From Octopus sinensis (lineage: Eukaryota): DNA of 54,425 bases. Location of the stretch: NCBI RefSeq assembly GCF_006345805.1, contig NW_021835160.1, forward strand, positions 1 to 54,425, in the 5' to 3' direction. This document shows, one piece after another, positions 35,980 through 49,549 of this stretch (positions are counted from its first letter, which is position 1; each line of letters starts with the position of its first letter). The translations under genes and the position numbers were made by a program. The notes under the pieces were generated by a model, which saw nothing but the letters and a program-made list of their open reading frames with translations, searched no databases and was not told the DNA's origin.

Positions 35980-36105
35980 TGGTCGGATTCAAATAACAAA
36001 AACAAATACAAGATAGTAGATAAAAAATATAATAATGTAATCAAATGCAGGCTTTATTCGGACTGTTCTTTTCTTTCTCTCCGGCATATTTCATTTTTTC
36101 TCTTT

Positions 36106-36132
36106 CTGAGGAAGAGCCATGCTCGAAACGTC
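36106..36132 (+). ncRNA. PLE-type minimal hammerhead core, stem I degenerate
   Basis: CTGAGGA-A-GAGC-CAT-GCTC-GAA-ACGT-C: intact canonical core with GUC triplet, but only 1 bp of stem I. Confidence 0.5.
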
Positions 36133-36741
36133 ACATTCAACTCTTTTTTTGTTGTTGTTTTTCTATTTTAAACTGAGCAGGCAATCTACTACATTCAGTG
36201 TACGTCATTTTGACTTTTGTTGTGTTTTATTTTGTTTTTATATTTGATTTTTTTATGTATATTATACTATATTATACATATACATGATATATATGTATAC
36301 ATACATATATATGCATATATATATTTATATATGTGTGTGTGTGTGTATATATATACATACTCATATATATACTATATATATATTTTATTTATTTATTTAT
36401 ATATATGTGTGTGTGTGTGTGCGTGTGTGTATGTATATATCTTCTATACACATATACACGCATAAATACACTTACGTACATATTTCTTTCTCCCCCTCTC
36501 TCTCTCACTCCTTTTTTCTCTCTCTCTCTATTATATATATATATGTGTGTGTGTGTGTGTGCGTGTGTGTGCATGTGTGTGTGTATATGTGTGTGTGTAT
36601 GTGTGTGTGTATGTGTGTGTGTGTGTGCAGTGTGTCTTTAGCGTACATAAATAATATGCATGTCTCCTGTGACTTATTTTCGTTATCTCGCATTTTCCGC
36701 TCCCATTCTTTAAAAATGCTGAACGCGGGGGTATAAGCGCA

Positions 36742-36779
<38 letters not shown>

Positions 36780-37479
36780 TACACACACACACACACACAC
36801 GCGCACACACTCACGCGTGGACGAACATACACGCATGACTGCGTATGCACACACACGCACACACACATCATTGTACACACTTGACTCCGATCTACCCTCA
36901 AATCTGTCAGTCAATGCTCCTATCACATTTAGTTATTATCTCTCCTCCTTATCCTTTCCCTCTGTGTGTCTCTCTCTCTCTCTCTCTCTCGTTCGTACCT
37001 GCCCTTTACCTCTCTCCTCGTGACACACACACAAGCAGCACCTCCGCCCGTCCTCTCATGCCGTAGTACCTCCATCCACCCTCCCACCTTCTACATCCCG
37101 CTCCATCTAGTGTCCTCCTACTCCAGTATTCCCATTGCTCCTTCTACTCCGCTTCACGTTGGCGTAGATTCATCGTGGCGGTGGTGGTGATAGTGGTGGT
37201 AAAAGTGGCGGCGGCGGCGGCGCTGGGGCAATGGAGACGTGTTTAACGAAGCAAATTACGAATATACACATAAATAATATATACATACATAGTTATATAC
37301 AAGCTTACACATATGACACATACACACATACATACATGCATGCATACATACACACACATACACATACATACATACATACATACAGATATATATATACATG
37401 CATACATACATACATACTTACATACATACATACATATATACATACACACATACAGATATTATATATATATATATATATA

Positions 37480-37510
<31 letters not shown>

Positions 37511-37656
37511 CATACATGCATACATACGTATATACGGAGAGACGCACTAACACACTTTATAAATGCATAAATACACGAGTACACATATACACACACACAT
37601 ACACACATTCATACACATAGGTTATATCTATATATATATATATATATATATATATA

Positions 37657-38050
37657 GGCGCAGGAGTGGGTGCGTGGTAAGAAGCTTGCTCCCAAATACA
37701 TGGTTCCAGGTTCAGTCCCACTGCGTGCCACATTGGGCAAGTGTCTTCTACTATAGCGTCGGGCCGAACAAAGCCTTGTGAGTAGATTTGGTAGACGGAA
37801 ACTGAAAGAAGCCCATCGTGTATAATACATGTGTGAGTGCGTGTGTGTGTGTGTGTATCTGTGTTAGTCGCCCCATCATCGGTTGACAACCGAAGTTGAT
37901 GTGTTTACGTCCCCGTAACTTAGCTGTTCGGCAAAAAGGGACCGATAGAATAAGTACTAGTCTTACAAAGAATAAGTCCTGGGGTCGATTTTTTGGACTG
38001 AAGGCAGTGTTCCAGTATGGCCGCAGTCAAACGACTGAAACAAGTAAAAT
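37657..38050 (+). mobile_element. SINE family A, near full length
   Basis: GGCGCAGGAGTGG head through GACTGAAACAAGTAAAA tail. Confidence 0.9.
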
Positions 38051-39465
38051 ATATATATGTGTGTGTGTGCGTGTGCGTGTATGCATGTATATATAATACA
38101 CACACAAACATATACACAAATAAATATATACTGGTGCTTGTTTAGATTGCCTGTATATATATTTATAGAGAGACAGGTAGCTAGATAAATAGATAGATGG
38201 ATAGATAGATAGATATACATATAAATATATATATACATATATATACCTTTGTCTGTCTGAGGGTGTGCATGTACGTACGTACGTATCTGTGTAACTTATA
38301 TAATGGCGTATATAAAACGTAAGTGTTCGTAGCAGAGCCACAACGAAGGCTGTGAGCTAGGTGCAAACAAACATGTCCCTCCATTTCTACACAACATCCC
38401 ACCGCAAACAGCGGCTGTGCATTGAGCAATGTACACTTATCTCTTGCAGCATACAACGTTGCCTGCATTTCACCTAAAAGCACACACAGACTGCTGGATG
38501 ATGTGATGGGGGCGGCGACGGCGACCGTGTTAGTGGTGGTGGTGGTGGTGGTGGTGGTGGTGGTGATGGTGGTGATGATGGCGGCGGAGGTGGCAGCGGT
38601 AGTGGTTGTGGCGGAGTTGGTTGTTGTGGTGTTCGCTGTGGTAATGGTGGTGAGGCTATGTTACTACACGATTTAGATATATGTCTATGAATATATATAT
38701 ATGTATATATATATTCTATGTATATATATATATATATATTATATATATATGTATATATATATATATTATATATATAATATGTATGTATATATATTATAGA
38801 ATGTATATATATATATTATATATCTTATATATATATATATATGTATTTGTATACATATATGTGTGTATGTATGTATATATATATGTATTATGTATGTTTA
38901 TATATATACATACATACATATATTTATATACATATATATATCTATATATATACACATATATATATACATACATATTTACACACACCCACATATGTATATA
39001 TATATAATATATATATATATATATGTATATATGTATATGTATGTATATATACATATATATAGTTGCATATGCATGCATATATGTATGTGTACACACACCC
39101 CAGTATATATATATATTTATATATATATGTATGTATATATATTTATGTGCGTGTGTATGTGTGTGTGCGTGCGTGCGTGCGTGTGTGTGTATGTCTGTAT
39201 GCGTATATACTTAACGATCTAAATTAAAGATCAATAAAATAAGTGGCAGACTGAAATAGGTTCTGGGGTCGATACGATCGACTGAAATAAACCTTTGAAG
39301 GCTCTGCTCCAGCATGGCCTCAGTCCAAGTTCATAAAGCTGTAAAACAATAAACGAACATAAATATACTCGCGCGTGTATATGTGTATACACACTGACAC
39401 GTTTGTGTGTGTCTCTCTCTTCTGTGTATGCACTGCAGAATATATATATATATATATATATATAG

Positions 39466-39506
<41 letters not shown>

Positions 39507-39648
39507 TACATATATATATATAATATATATATATATATTATATACATATATACATATATATATTATATATATATTATATATATATATATATATTTATTTT
39601 ACATATATATATATATGTATATATATGTATATATATGTATAATATATG

Positions 39649-39684
<36 letters not shown>

Positions 39685-39747
39685 GAGAAAGAGTGAGAGA
39701 GAAGATATAGATATATATACATACATACACTCACACACACACACACG

Positions 39748-39802
<55 letters not shown>

Positions 39803-40559
39803 ATACACACAGACATACGACTGCCGTGTAGAATTTCGTGAAATCCACTCAATTACCCAAATGGAAAAAAAAATGGTGCGATATTACGAGGTAATATTCG
39901 CACACTGCGCGCGCACTTAGACGAGCACGCTCACACACACACACACACACATTTGCAAGTATTCAGTTACACACTCCATTTATCAGCCACACACAAATTT
40001 CGCAGATAAACCCATATACACACACCTACAAATGAGGCACAATGGCATGTCCACATTTCTATATACGCATTTTACACGTATACATACACACATAAATACA
40101 CTCACACATACACATAAACACACACATCCATACATATACACGCTCTCTCGCTCTGTCTCTCTCTCTCTCTCACACACACATACACACACACACAAGAAAA
40201 TCTGTAAGTCTCGCGCACAAGCATGCAGAGATACACACACCTATTCATGCATGAACAATTTCGCAAGCCTCATACACATTTGGGGAAACACACGCTTGCA
40301 CTTTGCGCTTATGCATATAATTACACACACACATACACACATACATACACACATATACACATACACACACACACATACATACAGACATGTATAAACTAAC
40401 AAGTGCACAGCCGTATGCGTACATTTTCAGAAATATATTCATATACATCTGTCAAATGTCATAAACACATCAACTATCCGTCAAGCATGAATGCAAACAC
40501 GCATCCAGAGAAAGACAAAATTTACACGTGTGTTGGTGTATATATGTTTGTCTATATAT

Positions 40560-40799
40560 AGGCGCAGGCGTGGTTGCGTGTGAAGAAGCTTATTTCCCAA
40601 CCACTTAGTTCCGGGTTCAGTCCCACTGCGTGGCACTTAGGGGCAAGTGTCTTCAACTAAAGGTTCGGGTTGACCGAAGTATTCTGAATCAATTTGGCAG
40701 ACGGAAAATGAAAGAACCCTGTCGTATACATATATACATACATACACCCATACATTTATATATATATATATGTGTGTATATATATATATATATAATATA

Positions 40800-40845
<46 letters not shown>

Positions 40846-40923
40846 ATATATATATATATTATATATATATGCATATATATATATATGTATATATATATAT
40901 GCATATGTATATGTATATATATA

Positions 40924-40989
<66 letters not shown>

Positions 40990-41290
40990 ATGCATACATA
41001 TATATTATATGTTTCTCTCTAATATATATATGCGTGTGTGTGTGTTATGTTATATTTATGTATGTGTCTGAGTTTGTCACCTCGTCACCGCTTGACATCT
41101 GGTGTTGGTGTGTTTGCGTCCCCACCGTAATTTAGAGGTTTGGCAAAACAGACCGATAAAGTAAGTGTTAGGCTTACAAAGAATAAATCCTGGAGTTGAT
41201 ATCTTCGACTAAAAAAAGCACATTGATGCGGTTGCGGTGCTCCAGTATGGCAGCTACCAAATGATTGAAACATGAAACAATAAATAATAA
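40560..41290 (+). mobile_element. SINE family A split by an expanded ~330-bp (TA)-rich microsatellite
   Basis: Head 40560-40725, simple repeats ~40725-41060, tail 41070-41290. Confidence 0.8.
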
Positions 41291-41318
41291 AGAATTTTAT
41301 ATACATATTATAATAAAG

Positions 41319-41527
<209 letters not shown>

Positions 41528-41599
41528 TATACATACTACGTACATGTACATACTGACATCTATATTTATATACACATACATGCATATATGGTTACAGGA

Positions 41600-42300
41600 C
41601 GTCAAAAACATGAATTACAAAAGCATGGAAAACGAACATTTTATTTTAACAATGAAAGAAACAAATCGAAAAATGAGACAGGCAACATAAAGTACAATCC
41701 CTTCATCAGTTATCAACTGTTTTATTTACTCCGCATTTCGAGGATTAGGACAAGATGCGTCTTCATCAAAACAGTCCTCCTGCAAAGTAAATTAAATAAA
41801 ATTTGGGATTTACAGAGAGTTAAATTGGTAACAAAAACAGGACAGTGAAAACAAACGGTAAGAGTTGTTAAGCCATAACGAGGTGAAGTAGTAAACGCTG
41901 GAGAACAAGCTTTGACAGGAGACAGAAGAAAATACGTGCTATCTGTTGTAGCTGAACGAGAAGAAAGAAAGAAATTCGAGTTAGATGAAAGATGGCAGCT
42001 GGTCACGTGTGAGCAACGAGACAGTCAAGGAGGAAGTGTGAGGGAGAGAGAGACAGATAGAGAACGATGAAGGGGAGGAAAAGAATTAGTGAAAGGCTGG
42101 GACAGAAAAAAAGAATAGAGAAAAAGGTAGAGAGAGAGAAAAAAATATATATATAGTTGAAATTTACAGAAAAACAAAAGACGAAGACAGGCTTATAAAC
42201 ACCAAGCAGGTGTATTAGTTTGACGCTCGGGAAGGTGAGAAAGTCTCTTACGTTTCGAGCCCACGCTCTTCAAGTGAAAGGAACACAAGGAAATATATAG
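41600..42300 (-). mobile_element. Probable PLE terminal-repeat remnant with a decayed hammerhead at 42245-42280
   Basis: Minus strand CTTT-CACTTGA-A-GAGC-GTGG-GCTC-GAA-ACGT-A-AGAG (stems intact, core mutated), followed by TTCCCGAGCGTC..AACTATATATA as at 24120-24235. Confidence 0.5.
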
Positions 42301-42317
42301 AGCACACACACACACAC

Positions 42318-42350
<33 letters not shown>

Positions 42351-42835
42351 TGTATGTATGTATGTATGTATGTATGTATGTGTGTATGTATGTATGTATG
42401 TATGTATGTATGTATGCATGTATATATATATTCGTTTACACAATTATACTTATATACGGAATCAAACATTTATGTATAAATGTATATTCATACAAAACAA
42501 CACGCTTATGTGTGTGTCTGTGTGTGTGCATGTGTGTATGAGTGTGTGTGTGTGTGTGTGTACAATAGTTTTGCACATAAAGCGAATGTCTTAAAGAAAC
42601 TTCCGAAATAAATAGAACACGCACACACACACACGACGTCAGGTATTTCAGATGACCCAGACGAACACACAGACACACGGGGTGTATATAATAGTGTCTT
42701 TGTACAAACATCACATAACTATAAGCAGTCAGTCATGAATAAATGAATAAATCACACACCCATACCAGCAATCGCTGCACACACACACACACACACACAC
42801 AACCACACACATACATATATCATATATATATATAT

Positions 42836-42870
<35 letters not shown>

Positions 42871-42949
42871 TAGATAGATAGATAGATAGATAGGATAGAT
42901 GGATAGATAGATAGATAGATAGATAGATATATAGGTAGAAGATAGGTAT

Positions 42950-42989
<40 letters not shown>

Positions 42990-43017
42990 AATAGATAGAT
43001 AGATAGATAGATAGATG

Positions 43018-43052
<35 letters not shown>

Positions 43053-43053
43053 G

Positions 43054-43104
<51 letters not shown>

Positions 43105-43109
43105 GGATG

Positions 43110-43191
<82 letters not shown>

Positions 43192-43489
43192 GTAGATAAC
43201 TTTCTTTTATAGCCACACAGGGCTGAATACAGAGGGGACAATACAAATGCAGAGCTTTTCTTTTCGAGGGTGGAAAAAAAATAAAAAATGTAAGATTGCG
43301 ATCAAAGGGATCGAGAGGAGAAAAAAAAAAAAAAAAAAAAAAAAAGAAAAAAAGGAAATCGTGTATCACAGAAATAATGGTGTAAACATTGATATAACAA
43401 GATTGGGTTCATCCGTGGAAGAAAAGCCTACAGAAAAGACCACGGGAACCCCAGTCAGGGAGGAATAAACACATGAGGTCAAAAATGCT

Positions 43490-46400
43490 CTCTTTCTTTC
43501 TTTTTTACGATCTACAGGATCATGCTCAAAATGGTTTCGTTACTAGCACGCACCATCTTTTGCAACATTCACCCATCTTTTTTGAATCTTTCGCGAGACA
43601 AAACTTTCCCTCTCCATTCTCACCTTCCTTTTCAAGTGGTACTGAAAAAGTTGATGAGCGATTGGCCAGAGAGGTAAGTGTTTGTCTCTAATCCTTTCGC
43701 TCGAGTCCACCACACACATTCTTTCACCATGGCCACCAGTACGATGAAAACTGCCTTGCCTTCCCTTTTGAGGGAAGGGGCGGAGCAATTCTCACGATAG
43801 ACTCGGCCGATAGCGGATCGTCCCAACACGTGACAGCAGCCGTTCGGCATAAGCCCACAGGTCGGAAATGGTTGGACATTGCACGAGTGCGTGCAGAACG
43901 GTTTTCGTCCGCTCTGACCGCATCTCGGGCAAGTCGGTCCAGTGTGTCTGAACCGTGTCTGTAGAGCTTATCCCGAACAGGTAATGCTTCTCGATAGCAC
44001 TGCCAGCCAGGAATCTTTGGTGATTGTTTCATAGGTCCGGCCCGAAAGTTGTCCTGAACAGGCGGGGTCAGGTGTTCCTCGTCGACGCCCAGACTCTGCC
44101 CGATTCGTCGTCGCACCTCCCCTCCACTAATCCTCTATAGAATGCCTTTGTTGTGATGGAGTCGCACAAGTTCGATCCCGGACGGCAGAGTTGCTTGAGA
44201 GCAAAGCGACACTCGCGGTGCCATTCGCCTAGCCTCGGTCTCTGCTTGATCCATGACTGTAGTTCGTCCAAGGAGACGAGCTGCGAGGAAAGCGCGCCGC
44301 CCAAAAGCGACCACCCCTTTTCACCGTTGTCTATGAAGCGCCGGAGATGTCTAGTGTCCAGTCTCAGCGCATGTCTGCGCATCATCAACCACGGCATGCC
44401 CAGCCCTCCATTTAGCGGGTGTTGGCAGCAAATGGATCGCCTACATCGGAACGTTTCCCTTCCACAAGAAGCGGAAGAGTATGCGTTCCAGTTTGGTGAT
44501 GGTAGGGTCGGGACAAGGCACGACGGTCAGACGATACTCGATGACGGATGCGATGTACGCGTTCACCACCTCCGCCCGACCTTTAGGGATAGCTTTCTCT
44601 CAGTCCATTTCTGGGTGAGAGTAGCCACCCTAGTCGTTATCTCGCCCCAGTTCTTCTCCATTTGGGGTCCGGACCGAACAGACCCCGAGCAATTTAACCG
44701 GTCCCGTCCGTCCAGCGTCCCACGATGGAGACGCTGTTGGACGGCATGGGCTTGCTTCTCAGGTGCCGAGCCGCAAGCCCACTGACTTTTCCGGTTAATT
44801 TTTGCTCCCGTTACCGCTTCGTATTCTTTCAGTGTCTCTCGCCGACCAGCTCGATGTGCTCGTAGCTCGACACTATGACGGTGACGTCATCCGCGTATGC
44901 AGACACGCTCCTTCCGCATCCCAGCTCTCGTGGGATGCCCCTCAGCGTCGCCAGTTTCCGCAGTAGTGGCTCAAGAGTCAGTACATACAGCATGATGTTA
45001 AAAAGGTCTGGATAGATGACCATTTACGCGAACTACTGAGCGGATGCCGCTGTATAGGCAGCGATCCAACCGCGGAAAACTGGACCGAAACCAGCCGCTT
45101 TGAGGACAGCCTCCAAGTAGTGATGGTCTACCCTATCGAAGGCTTTTGATTGATCCAAATTGATCAGCGCCCCACCCATGCCAGGATTTTAACTACCCTG
45201 TCTATGATGTAGCGCAATCAGATGGAGGTTGTCATGAATACTTCTACTCGGCACGGCACGGCGCATGTTTGCGCCTTGTCGATTAGTTTCTTGATGACAG
45301 CGCAACCTCTCGGCTAACACCTTGGCCAAAATTTTCAATCTGCGTTGAGCAGAGTGATGGGCCTGAAATTATCTATGAATCCCCTTGTTTGGGTCTTTCT
45401 TGATCAGTGCCACTGCTCCTCGCTTTACAAAAGCAGGAATACTCCCGTTCTGCTGCCAGTTTGCAGTAGACAGCTGCCAAGACGCCTCCAAACAGTCTGG
45501 CATATGAAAATAAAATTCGTAGGGCAGACCATCCAAGCCTGGTGACTTGTCTCCGCTCAGCCTACCATCGCATCCTGTACAATCCGCAGCTGTGATATTC
45601 TTTTCACAAATACTCCACCTCCCTTGCTGAGAGTCGTGGCAAGGCATGCAGGTAGGCACTAAAGTCCACTCTGCTTTCTGACTCACCACTTGTCCCAAAC
45701 AGTTGGGTGAAGTGTTGTTGAAAAACCCCACACATCCTTTTAGGCTCGAGCAATTCGCGCCCCTGTTCATCTATAAGAGACTTGATGGTGGCTCTGTTGC
45801 CTCGTTGCGTCTCCACCACTCGGGCCTCTTGGGCGGCTCCAACTCCTTCGTTCCTCAGAGCACGCATCCTAGCTCTGACAACGCATCCCTCGTGTTTGGC
45901 GTTGAGGTGTTGGTCGAGGGCCAATCGTCGCCGCCAGTACGTTGGACGCGATGCCAGTTCTAAGTGCCTCTTCTAAACCTTAACTAATTCCTCCCTCTAT
46001 TCTATTTCGGTCTAATGCTAGGGCTCTACTGTATCTGACTGATTCTGCTTTAATCGCTTTTTTTAGGGCATACCACCATCTGTTGTTGATGATGGTACCC
46101 GTCAAAGCTCTCTTAACTAATGTTCTGATGATCCTGTCCCTGTAAACTGTCGTGCTGTAAAAGACGATCGTTCAGTTTCCGTAACCAGGACCCTGCCTAT
46201 GTGTCTTATCTACGTCAAGTGTACAAGTCACAAACTTGTGATCTGTGTAACTGACTATATGAAATTGTGGACAACCTACACACTATTTTATCTATTGTCC
46301 TACAGAATACTCTATCTAAGTATGATCTGGACGACCCGATGCGGTTACTCCATGTCCACATTGTGCACATTCGGGTGGTCCAGTCGGTACTGTCAGACAG

Positions 46401-46922
46401 TTGGAAACGTCTGAGCAGGTCTTTGAGGCATTTGCATCCCTTCTATTGCTATCGCATTGCCCACGTAGTCTAGATGCGTGTCCAGGGTGGCATTCCAATC
46501 CCCCACTAAAGTAAAGACGAGACGTTCCCATGAAAGACTCTAGACGTCGAAAGAAATCTGGTCGGCCTGTTAAGGACGGAGCATAAACTGCTATCAGTTG
46601 AAAAGCACACTCATTGCTGCCCATCGACATCCAAAAAACGACCAGCCTACCCTCCGGTCTAGGAAATTTGCTCTTACTTTGAGATCGACTCTTCCGGATA
46701 AGCACCGCGGTGCCACCACCCCGCCCATTCTCGGTAGACACCGGAGAAAAATAAATGTTGAAATGTGTACCGAAAATGTGCTGGAGTGCCCGCAAGCTGT
46801 GGAGTCTGGTCTCACTGATGCTATGATATTCAGCTTTAGTGACTTGATGTCATTTAAACAGGTAGCCTTGTTTCCAAGGCGACCCCAAGCCACGTACAGT
46901 TATACTATCTATTCCTGAGCAT
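43490..46922 (-). pseudogene. LINE ORF2 (AP endonuclease, reverse transcriptase, C-terminal Cys/His domain), frameshifted
   Basis: Candidate ATG at 46922. Motifs are spread over ORF-track fragments 46594-46893, 46316-46795, 45604-45924, 45369-45770, 44829-45023, 44068-44397, 43724-44116 and 43632-43850. Confidence 0.85.
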
Positions 46923-46949
46923 GTTCCGATAAAAGTGCAAAAAGGAAAA

Positions 46950-49168
46950 GGAGGAAGAGAAAAGGTTACTTGTTTTTCGAAAGTCTTTGTCTTTCACACC
47001 TCACGGTCTTCTCTATGAGGCTTTTATACAGTTTTTTTTCGATGAGTACTTTTGAAATCTCCCTACTGCATCAGGGTAAAGAGATTTCAGGGTGCTGTAT
47101 GTGTTCTGTGTAACGTGTATTATTTTAATGTGTTGTGGTGTGTTGTGTGTGGGTGGTTACTTGGTTTTTATGTCGTTTTCAGTAATGTTAGTGTTTGACC
47201 TAATGTGTTCCATTAGGTCGTGTGGTTGTTTGTGTTTATGGCTGTCAACATTTTTGGGGGGTTTGTTTGGATTGATGTTGTTTTGTGTGGATGATGTGTG
47301 TGTTGCGTGGAACATCTGTGTTTTTGTGGTGGTTTGTGTGGGGGAGTGGTGTATCTCCGCGCTTTGTTTGTTATTTTTTCTTTTCTTTTTTTTCCCCTTT
47401 TTTTTCTTCTCCCCCCCCCCTGTGGCTATTTGCCAATCTTCCGTGTCTTCTTCGTCTAATGACAGATCAGACGAATCGGAGTCTGGAAGAGGGAAAGTAT
47501 TGGGGTCTATTGTCGACTGTGTTGGTTTTGTTGTTGGTGTTGGTTGGTGAGCGTTTTGGTTGTGGTGTATGCGTTTTGGATGTGGGGTTTGGGTATTTTG
47601 GTTTGAGTGATTTTGGGGGTGTTGATGTTGTTGTGTTAGGGTCTTCCATTTTGTGGGGATTTGGAGTTGTAATTGTTTCTTCATTTTTGCTGGGTGTCTT
47701 TTTGGCAGATGTCCTTGTTTGGGAGTTGGTATATTCCTTGGTTGTTGTTGTTGTGATGCTGCTTCTGTTCTTGGTGCTGCAGTTGGTGTGGTTGTTTGTG
47801 TTTGTTGAGGTTTGTTCCTGCAAAAAGTGGTGTGGGTCGTAAACCTTGTTTATTTGTTTTTGTTTCCGGCTGCTGTGTTGTTGTGTTGTTTTTCTTGCGG
47901 CAGATTTGCAGTCTTTTTTGAGGTGTTGCTCACTGCCGCATATGTAGGCAACGTGGTCTTCTGCCATCGACGACCACATATAACTTGTGGTCTTCTGATA
48001 CACATATCTGGGTGGGTATTTTTTTAATATCTTCATGATGTATATGTAGAAGAAATTCTATTTTTTTTCCCACCCAGTTTTTAGTATAATTTAGTATAAT
48101 TTAGTATAATTCGCCATTTTTACGCATAAGGCCTTTACAAGCCATAGACTATTGGCTATTTTGGGGACATTGTTTAGAGTGATCTTAGTCACTTTCTGTC
48201 CCCGATAGCTTGGTGTAAGTTGGAGTTCATCTGAGTGAAGAGTTAGCGTTGAGAAATGTCTAGCTAACTCTTCGGTGTAGAAAACGACTTGTATGTGGGC
48301 AAATTTGTTCCACCAGGTTACATATTCTTTGTGATCCCAGATGGGTTCAAGCACTATCTCTATTTTGCTTGTGTTGGCCTTCTCTGGGATTTTTGTTTTT
48401 TTGTTAACTATTTTATAAATGATTGTTCGTCTTTTTTCACATTTTCCAAAATATCTTCTGGTATGTTTATTTTTACTATACCTTCTGATTCTGTTATTTT
48501 GATGTTCGTGTCTGTATTTGTTGAGCCGTAAAAGTATATTGTTGTTTTTTTTTCTTTATCGCCTCAGCGAAATTTGTTGTTGTTTTGTTATTGTTGTTGC
48601 TTGTGGTGATGTTGTTGTTGGCTGCAGTTTGTAAAATTGGTGTGTTTGGTTCGATCGTGCAAGTAGGAAGGGGTGGAAAATTGCCTGCGTACTTTAGTCC
48701 TGCACTAGGGCAAAATTCGACATTTCGTTTGCTTGTCGTCGTTATTTTTTTTTCACTTGTTGGTGATGGAGTGAGCAGTGGGTTGAGGGAATTGTTGTTG
48801 TCGTCGTCGTGTTGTTGTTGTTGTTGTTATTGGTCGTTCTTGGTGGTGACGGCGGTGGTGTTGGTAGTATTAGTGCATTGACGGCACGGTCTTTGGTGGC
48901 GGTGATGGTGATGTTGGGTTGTTTTATTGGTGGCGATATCTTTAGTAGGGATATCAGTTTTAGTAGCAGATTCTGCCATGGTGGTGGTGGTGGTGGTGGA
49001 CTACTGATGGTGTTGACGGTGCTTTGCCTTGCGATCTTTGTTTTGTATTTGTTGCTGTTGGTGGTGGTGGAGTTGTCAGGGTTCGGCGTATGCTAACAGA
49101 GCATCCTGTTTTTCTGTTTCTGCGTCACGCTTGACTTGCAACTCAGCTCCGTGGTGGCCAGTGGCCAT
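46950..49168 (-). pseudogene. LINE ORF1 (gag-like; Thr/Pro-rich N-terminus, Tx1-type central domain, CCHC zinc knuckle), broken by frameshifts
   Basis: Candidate ATG at 49168 (MATGHHGAELQV..). ORF pieces 48091-48354 (VVFYTEELARHFSTLTL..PSYRGQKVTKITLNNVP), 47467-48036 (knuckle) and 47157-47684. End position approximate. Confidence 0.7.
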
Positions 49169-49513
49169 TTTGGTAAATAAAATGGCTAAATGAAACCACG
49201 AAGGCTATGAGAATTTTTTCTTTTAAATTTTGCCCACAAGGGGCAAAATTTTGTGTGTCGATATTTATCAAAGGTTTACAGTGGATGTTGTTGCACAACT
49301 TTTAAGCACAAAATGTTTGTCAATATAAACACTTTTAAATAGTCAAAATAAATGATTACCTTCGGAGCTGAAACGACATCACAGTCAGGATAGATAGGTA
49401 GAGATAGATAGGTAGATAGATAGATAGATAGATAGATGATAGAGATAGATAGATTAGATAGATAGATAGATAGATAGATAGATATATAGATAGATAGATG
49501 ATAGATAGATAGA

Positions 49514-49548
<35 letters not shown>

Positions 49549-49549
<1 letters not shown>

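Larger units (their letters stand above)
43199..49388 (-). mobile_element. Apparently full-length non-LTR retrotransposon of the L1 clade (Tx1-like), ORF1 + ORF2, frameshifted, with (GATA)n on both flanks
   Basis: ORF1 with CCHC knuckle CYICGSEQHLKKDC (~47907-47951). ORF2 APE motifs (RGGGTAVLI, LIAVYAP..RPDFF); RT motifs KSPGLDGLPYEFY, LINLDQSKAFDRVDH (~45122-45170) and YADD (44886-44897); Cys-rich C-terminal region. T-rich 3' UTR ending AAAGAAAG then (TTAT/CTAT)n. Confidence 0.9.

Noticed and set aside
42245-42280. Active hammerhead ribozyme
   Set aside because: The core reads CACTTGA instead of CUGANGA (G5 and A6 lost); kept only as a decayed homolog.
47092-47842. Hydrophobic plus-strand ORFs that look like membrane proteins
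   Set aside because: Antisense shadow of the Thr/Lys/Pro-rich LINE ORF1.
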